Below, in pieces: positions 56,750-64,000 of a stretch of 64,000 bases of DNA (within the stretch, counting starts at the first letter, position 1; each line of letters starts with the position of its first letter). The position numbers and the translations under genes are program-made. The notes beneath the pieces are model-generated. The model did not search any database. It was not told the origin of the DNA and saw only the letters and a program-made list of their open reading frames with translations. This stretch comes from Macrostomum lignano (lineage: Eukaryota), in NCBI GenBank assembly GCA_002269645.1, contig NIVC01000604.1, positions 331,128 to 395,127 of the forward strand, read 5' to 3'.

Positions 56750-57459
56750 TCAATGGCCGCTCTCCTCCTCCACCTTGTACAGAGCATTCTTGGCCCGCTT
56801 GGTCGCCTGTCTGGCCAGAACGTCGTGGAAGCTTTGAGAAGGCTCTGTTGCATTGAGCGAGGAACTTGATGCAGAAAATCGGGACAAATGGCTCGTATCC
56901 CTGGCCGTAGGTCTGCTTCTACCGGCTCTGGCTGGGTCGGCTGTAACTGGTCTGAGAACTGTTTGCTGAATCGGTCTTCCAGATGGCGTTTTCGGATTTC
57001 CGGAGACATCGCCAACACTGTAGCTTCGTTTTAGTCGATCCGCAGTTCTTAGAACTGCGGTGGCCGCAATGTTCATGCCTTGTTGTCCAACTTCAAATAG
57101 CACTTCGCATCCCTTGTTGGAAGCGGAAGCTATGTATCGTTCAATCTCGTTTTCGTGCTTCAACAGATTTGGATGAATTATGCGTCTGTACAGAAAACTG
57201 GAACCTCTTGTCATTGGAGCACCATCCAAAGCACAAATAGGATCTTTGCTTCATTATAGAGCGGAAGCCAGCAAAGCAAAATGTCAGTTACAACTTCAAC
57301 CGCTGTAAATGCTGCGAATACAATCCAGTACATCATCCACTTAACCTGTTCGTATCCATCACGCTTATTAAGCGCTTTGTAAGACGAGAATGCAGGATAA
57401 AGTACTCCAAAAAGTATAATGATGCAGCGATAAACAGTTGATGTCAGTATGTACAACAT
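56750..57459 (-). CDS. REEP: REEP1-4-like (TB2/DP1/HVA22) ER-shaping protein, intronless, one 1-nt frameshift near 57219; about 236 aa if corrected
   Basis: MLYILTSTVYRCIIILFGVLYPAFSSYKAL...VKWMMYWIVFA...LCWLPLYNEAKILFVLWM continues in another frame as PMTRGSSFLYRRIIHPNLLKHENEIE...GQQGMNIAATA, matching the REEP1-4 core. Confidence 0.88.
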
Positions 57460-58022
57460 TACATTAATTTCTTCAATGGAGATTGACCAGAAGAAAAACG
57501 ATCTCCGTCTTCTGGAAAATGTTTTTAATGCAAAGAAAAATTGTGGCTGAAATTTCCAAATTAAAAAGGTAGTTACTTTACCAACCGTAAAAATCCACAG
57601 AAAAAGCTCAAAAATGTAAAAACCCAAAAAATCAAAGCAAATTTATTAGAAAAGCATATTTTTTCGTCTAAAAAGGCTAAAAACGAATAATGCAGTGTTA
57701 AACTCATATTAAAATGAGTTTGAGTTAAACTCAAATTTAAATAGTGCTTTCTTAGAAAGTTCACGATAATCTAATGGCCATCAGCATAAGTACTGCATAG
57801 CATACCTACGTAAATGCTCATGGGTTATGGCATGCCAATCACGCACAGAATGAAGAAATTCGATCTAATTGAAACTGAGAGCAGGGATTAAGCCGTCCAT
57901 CCTGCTGGGCGCTTGAATATTTTACTCATATGTATTTATTATATATTTAATTTTATAACTTTTACTATTATTGTTCCTGATGTGATATTCTGATATTTTC
58001 ATTATGTCATTATGACTTATGG

Positions 58023-58386
58023 CAGGGGCGTCGCCACTGGGGGGACAAGGGGACATGTCCGTCCCCCAGTATAAGCTATATGGGGGATGGCAATGCTTTG
58101 CCCCCCACCCCACCTTCACCCTGTGAGGCTGTGACCCATTGTGGAAATCAATAATTTTGTTTCAGAACGCTAAAATATAGCACCTGCGGCACCAAAATGA
58201 GTGACTGCGGCGCTAAAATGAGTGTCTGCAGTGCCAAAATGAGTGCCTGTGACACTAAAATGAGCACTGACAACTCCAATTCTCAAAATAATGTACATGT
58301 AATAGATTTAGGAATTTTGTCCTGTAGCTGTACATAATACTAAGAATTCTTGATCCCCCTAACAAAAAACTATGACAAAGCCCCTG
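58023..58386. mobile_element. Short, older copy of the 2819-4396 hAT-type MITE, in opposite orientation
   Basis: Starts CAGGGGCGTCGCCA and ends GCCCCTG; shares several internal blocks and about 4 units of the same repeat (GCACCAAAATGAGTG...). No TSD retained. Confidence 0.7.
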
Positions 58387-59577
58387 GTAAGTATATTATA
58401 TTTATGATCCATTGTTTTTTTATAAGTTATATAATTGTTTTAACTCTTAATTCTTGGTAAAACAAATAGTTTTTGGAACTTAAATACAGTGACTGATTTA
58501 GGGAGAAGGCACACAGGGTATGCACCCCCTGTTGAGCTTGAATTTTTTATATAGAAAATGCACATTATTGTGTACGTATACATGTACATTATTTACATAT
58601 ATATGTACCTTAGTAATCTGTGTCCCTATTTAATATTTTCTAGATATGCACCTGGCTTAATATTCAAAATATTTTAAAAACAAATTATTGTTTTAGATAA
58701 TTTAGTGTTATTATATTTAAGGCAATTTTTAGTATTTTGCTAATAATAAAAAACTATTACTAATGAAATATATGTATAATATAATGTAAATGAAAAATAA
58801 AATTTTTTATTACAATATAGGTAAAGGAATTTTTTGGGAAGCATACCTATCTATACAAAATGTTTCTAAAATACTTTTATATATTTATGTTTAATATCAA
58901 TTTTGAAATCTGGCAAAAAGACTAAATTTTTTTTTGACTAAAGTCAAAAGTTCTATAGCCCTTGTGCCTTAGATCAGTAGACCCCTTTGACCTTCTAGAT
59001 CTGCCATTTAGTAAAGTTCTACTCTGTCTCTCCAATTTTATGATATAGAAATCAATTTAATATCTGTTTTTTCATTTATAAGGGGTCATGACCTTCTATA
59101 TTACCTTAGGAGAAGTGAGTTGACCCCTTGGACCTCTATCCTAGATCTACTCATTATACTATACACTATATACATTATATATACATGTGATAAATTATAA
59201 AATGAATGTACTATAAAATGTTATTAATTCTAATTTTGCTTTTGGTTATTGGTAAGAATCAAATCAAAATGTAATTAAATATTTTTTGTAATAAATAACT
59301 TTTATGTAAAAAAAATAATTGATAAACTTCTTAGGTTTAGTTAGTTAGTTTTTGACTAACAGGGGCTGTGTGCATCTTGGTGCACTTCAAGTGACATTGT
59401 TATACAACTGGTAAGATGCATTATTGCCCATTCCAATAACTCCCCTAAGCAGACACAAGTGTACTACAATGCGATGTATGTACTACAAGCTATCTAAGTA
59501 GGACTTCATCATTAATATTGATACACTGGGGTTCCCCCGCAGCTGCTCCACCCCAACGGGCGGCTGCCCCGCCCTGA

Positions 59578-62270
59578 ATGGCTGCCCGGGTGAGTCCAGC
59601 TGACGTCACTGTTGTCGGCGTTAGCGGCAACTCCAGTGCCGCCGAGCCGTCGCCACCGCCGCCGCTGCCCCGCACCAGACGGGAGCTCCGATCCGGCCGC
59701 CTGCTCGCCCTCTGCCATTTGAAGCCGCCAGCGCCGGCTCCTGGCGCCTCAACGTCGGCCTCGCGCTCGTCCTCGCCCTGCACTCGCCGCATCGCCTTTC
59801 TCTTCCACGGCGTCGGCGGCAGCGTCGACGTGTTCCGTCACCAGGTGCCGCTGCTGCTGCGCCTCGGCTTCGAGGTGGTCGCCCAGGACCTCCTCGGCCA
59901 TGGGGCCAGCGGCACCTCGTCGAACCCGGACGACTTCAGCTTCACCGCCCTGCGGCGGACGCCGTCCGCCTGTTCGACGAGCTCGCCGCGCCCGACGGTG
60001 ACAACATCCTGCTGGGGCACTCCTATGGCACCTCCTTTGTGACCTACCTGTGCCACGAGCGGTCTCGCATGGTGCGCTGGAAGAATTTTTACTGTGTGGA
60101 AAACTCTGTGGCTTGAAATTCCCCTAGTGGATTATCTGTGCCTTGAAATTCCCCTAGTGGATTATCTGTTTGAAATTCCCCTAGTGGATTCTCTGTACCT
60201 TGAAATTCCCACTGGATTATCTGTACCTTAAATTCCCCACTGGATTATTTGTACCTTGAAATTCCCCACTGGATTATCTGTGCCTTGAAATTCCACTAGT
60301 GGATTATCTGTCCCTTGAAATTCCACTAGTGGATTATCTGTCCCTTGAACTTCCCCTAGTGGATTATCTTTATCTTGAAATCCCACTGAATTATCTGTGT
60401 CTTGAAATTCTTGCCCCATTGGATTTGATTATATGTGTATTGAAATTCCCCTAGTCGATTAACTGTGCCTTGAAATTCCCCACTGGATTATCTGTGTCTT
60501 AAAATCCCCACTGTAGATTGTATTTGTCTCGAACTCCCGTATTAACTGTGTCTTGAAGTCACTTTGGATTATCAGTGTCTCAATGTAGTTATTGAGTCTG
60601 CGCCCCCAGCAACCGCAAACCCACCGCTTGCCCTGCCACCCCAGGTGACGCTGGCAATCCAGCTTGCCGGCGGCGGCCCCAACGCGCTTGGCAACGAGCG
60701 GGAGCGTGTTCTCCTGCTGCACCTGCTTCTTCGTGTGCGCCGGCCGCCCTGCGCTGGCTGGTCCGCAGGCGGCTTTTCCGCCCCACGGCCCGCCAGCGGC
60801 TCCGACAGGCGGCAGCGGCTCCGACAGGCGGCTGGCGTTCGGCGTTGGCGCGCGCGAGTTCAAAATGACAATGAACGGGCAGTGCTGGGCTCTCGGGGAC
60901 GAGATCTACCATGCCGAGGTTGGTCATTAACGATAATAACGATAATTCATACCCAGAGGGTGTACAGCAGCCCTGACTTTCTAATCGTCAGGCATGTGCA
61001 CTCTCTGCGCCTTGGGGGTCCCAAGAACCGCCCCAATCCGCTGTGAGAATCGCCATAATTCCGCCCCAATCCGCCCGAGAACCGCCCCAATCCGCTCCGT
61101 GAACCGCCCCAATCCGCCCGTGAACCGCCCAATCCGCCGAGAACCGCCCCAATCCGCCCGAGAACCGCCCCAATCCGCGCCGAGAACCGCCCCAAGAACC
61201 GTCCTGAGAACTGCCCCAATCCGCTCCGAGAACTGCCTCAATCCGCCCTGAGAACCGCCCCAATCCGCCCGTGAACCGCCCCAATCCGCTCCGAGAACCG
61301 CCTCAATCCGCTCCGAGAACTGCCCAATCCGCCCCGTTAACCGCCCCAATCCGCTCCGAGAACCGCCTCAATCCGCCCTGAGAACCGCCCCAATCCGCCC
61401 CGTGAACCGCCTCAATCCGCCCCGTGAACTGCCCCAATCCGCTGTGAGAACCGCCCCAATCCGCTGTGAGAACCGCCCCAATCCGCTGTGAGAACCGCCC
61501 CGATCCGCTGTGAGAACTGCCCAATCCGCTGTGAGAACTGCCCCAATCCGTTGTGAGAACTGCCCCAATCCGCTGTGAGAACCGCCCCAATCCGCTGTGA
61601 GAACGCCCCAATCCGCTGTGAGAACCGCCCCAATCCGCTGTGAGAACCACCCCAATCCGCTGTGAGAACCGCCCCAATCCGCTTTGAGAACCGCCCCAAT
61701 CCGCTGTGAGAACCGCCCCAATCCGCTTTGAGAACCGCCCCAATCCGCTGTGAGAACCGCCCCAATCCGCTGTGAGAACCGCCCCAATCCGCTTTGAGAA
61801 CCGCCCCAATCCGCTGTGAGAACCGCCCCAATCCGCTGTGAGAACCGCCCCAATCCGCTTTGAGAACTGCCCCAATCCGCCCACAGCCACTGTCGCCAAC
61901 CCCCGCTCCCCGCCAGCTGCGCACTCCAACTCTGCTTCTGCACGGCGAGTTCGACCGGCTGATCCCGCTGGAGGACCAGCAGTGGATGCAGCAGACCCTG
62001 GGCGGCCCCAGCCAGCTGGTCACGGTGCCCAACGCTGGTCACATGCTCATGCTTGAGCAGCCGGCCGCGGTGAACGCCCACATCGCCGAGTTCATCGCCT
62101 CGGTGGCTGGCGCCGGCTCCGCCACTGCTGCAGCCTCCGTCTCCGCTGCGGCCGATGCCACTGCTGAGTTGTCGCAGTCGCGACCTCCACCGCCGCCTAA
62201 GTCGATGAAGAGTCGGCGAAACGGCTCGGTGAAGTCGCTGCCCTGCGGCTCCCAGCTGCTTCGGTACTGA
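59578..62270 (+). CDS. ABHD8: ABHD8-like alpha/beta hydrolase; exons 59578-60071, 60645-60918, 61917-62270; several frameshifts (pseudogene or assembly indels)
   Basis: FLFHGVGGS...LGFEVVAQDLLGHGAS, LLGHSYGTSF (nucleophile elbow), GGGPNAL, MNGQCWALGDEIYHAE|LRTPTLLLHGEFDRLIP...AGHMLMLEQPAAVN match ABHD8. GT-AG introns, phase 0. Frame breaks at ~59952 and within exon 2. Confidence 0.8.
60110..60560. repeat. ~29-bp minisatellite in ABHD8 intron 1
   Basis: Unit CCTTGAAATTCCCCTAGTGGATTATCTGT. Confidence 0.9.
61020..61880. repeat. ~22-bp minisatellite in ABHD8 intron 2
   Basis: Unit GAACCGCCCCAATCCGCTGTGA with variants. Confidence 0.95.
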
Positions 62271-62784
62271 CTTTCTCCATCTGATTTGAGCAAGTTTTGC
62301 TCACTTGAGTGCTTGCGAACTGTCTCTCTCCGGACGTGTCACTATTTTATCCGTTTATAATTTGTTTTAAAGATACTCGCGTTTCTTTCTATTTTTGAAA
62401 TAGAGAATTTCTATCCTCTTTATATCCCACTTGAATGCCAGTTTGTTTGATCAACGAATAATAATAATAACTGAAATTTTCTTAAATTTCTACTAGTCCA
62501 TATGCATATTTATTTTCTATTCGTGCTCATTCGGCACTACTTTCCGGCTTATCAGTAGTATCACTAGACTAGATATCTATTTTACTCAAATTTCTTCTCT
62601 TGTGATGAATGAACTAAAGCGCATTTATAAGTTTGCTTGGTACATAACTTTATTAGTGAAATGCATATTTATCTGTTAATTAGTGTATGGAATCTGTATT
62701 CGGACTTTAACTGGAATTATTTGTAGCCAAAATTACCTTTGGAACACTTATATTTAATACTTTATTCTCTGCTCATTTCCTTCT

Positions 62785-63190
62785 CCGTCACCCACCTGAT
62801 AACCCTCCGTCACCCACCTGACAACCCTCCGTCCCCACCCGACAACCCCTCCGTCACCCACCCGACAACCCCTCCGTCACCAACCTGACAACCTCAGTCA
62901 CCACCTGACAACCCCTCAGTCACCCACCGACAACCCTCCGTCACCAACCTGACAACCCCTCAGTCACCACCCGACAACCCCTCCGTCACCAACCTGACAG
63001 CCCTCAGTCACCCACCGACAACCCCTCCGTCCCCAACCTGACAGCCCATCAGTCACCCACCTGACAACCCCTCCGTCACCAACCTGACAACCCTCAGTCA
63101 CTCACTCGACAACCCCTCCGTCACCCACTCGACAACTCCTCCGTCACCAACCTGACAACCCCTCAGTAACCCACCTGACAACCCCTTAGT
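62785..63190. repeat. ~22-bp minisatellite
   Basis: Unit CCTGACAACCCCTCCGTCACCAA with variants. Confidence 0.9.
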
Positions 63191-63749
63191 TCCCAGTCTA
63201 AGAGCCGAACTGTATCAAGCAACTCATTCCCTGTTAATTTCTCAGAACTCTCTCGAGCAGCCTTTGTGACTTGCGCCTTTCAAAAAGACTAGTTTCAAAT
63301 ATCACAGATTTATTTCAATTTTTTACATTGTTCTATAAATGTACTTTACTTATTTCAAGCCAATGTGCGCTGTAACTCACTGTCAAAACCTGCTACTCTA
63401 TACTGAATGGTATGCTAGTGTACCATTGGCATTGCTATGGCCCACTCTGATGCTACTCTCCGTTTGACCAGCTTCATGCCAAGTTCATGCACTTTTTATT
63501 AAACACCGTTTTGAGGCATAAATTGACTTGCAAACAGTCTGTTTGCGTCAGGGTTTAATACAACCTGTTTTATTTACACAATCACCTATTTGAACAATCC
63601 TTGATTATCTGTGACTAACTCCATTAAACAGCGATTGCACATTTGGCCGCTTCAAGGCCTGAATTGTTTTAATTCTTACACTGGATTTTCATTTTAAACT
63701 CTTGTGTTTTTTTATTTAGCTTTGTCTCAGTTATTTACTTGAATGCGGG

Positions 63750-64000
63750 ATGTGTGCGGCACTCCCAGATCCCCAGGCTGTGTGCGGCACTCCAGATCCT
63801 CAGGCTGTGTGCGGCACTCCAGATCCTCAGGCTGTGTGCGGCACTCGCAGATCCTCAGGCTGTGTGCGGCACTCCCAGATCCCCAGGCTTGTGTGCGGCA
63901 CTCCCAGATCCCCAGGCTGTGTGCGGCACTCCCAGATCCCAGGCTGTGTGCGGCACTTGCAGATCCTCAGACTGTGTGCGGCACTCGCAGATCCTCAGGC
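63750..64000. repeat. 27-28 bp minisatellite running off the window end
   Basis: Unit GTGTGCGGCACTCCCAGATCCTCAGGCT. Confidence 0.9.

Noticed and set aside
57205-59960. Programmed ribosomal frameshifting in REEP or ABHD8
   Set aside because: No slippery heptamer or stimulatory structure, none known for these families; short-run indels explain the breaks more simply.

Overview
Eukaryotic (animal) genomic DNA. The GC-rich poly-Ala exons, repeat-filled introns and dense micro/minisatellites suggest a flatworm such as Macrostomum; this is inference, not proven. Genes in order: CCDC177-like (-, 3' part outside the window), JTB (-, 2 exons), DAD1 (+), LLPH (+), a 5-exon tailless/NR2E1 nuclear receptor (-), tRNA-Gly(GCC), a REEP1-4-like gene (-, one frameshift) and an ABHD8-like hydrolase (+, several frameshifts). 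Between JTB and DAD1 lies a ~20 kb AT-rich stack of nested transposon relics: Merlin, a 4 kb element with a 10-bp TSD (MULE-like), a ~7.9 kb Foldback-like element with minisatellite-bearing arms, mariner, several MITEs and a Gypsy relic with a tRNA-iMet PBS. About 20 distinct tandem arrays account for most long ORFs in the supplied track; these are artefacts. No CRISPR or prokaryotic system is present. The most interesting signals are a minisatellite caught expanding inside a hAT-type MITE (expanded and unexpanded copies both in the window), the Foldback-like element with an unknown spliced ORF, CpG-decay signatures in the Gypsy relic, and a transposon-poor, motif-rich landscape around tailless. 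Coordinates were counted by hand and may be off by a few bases.
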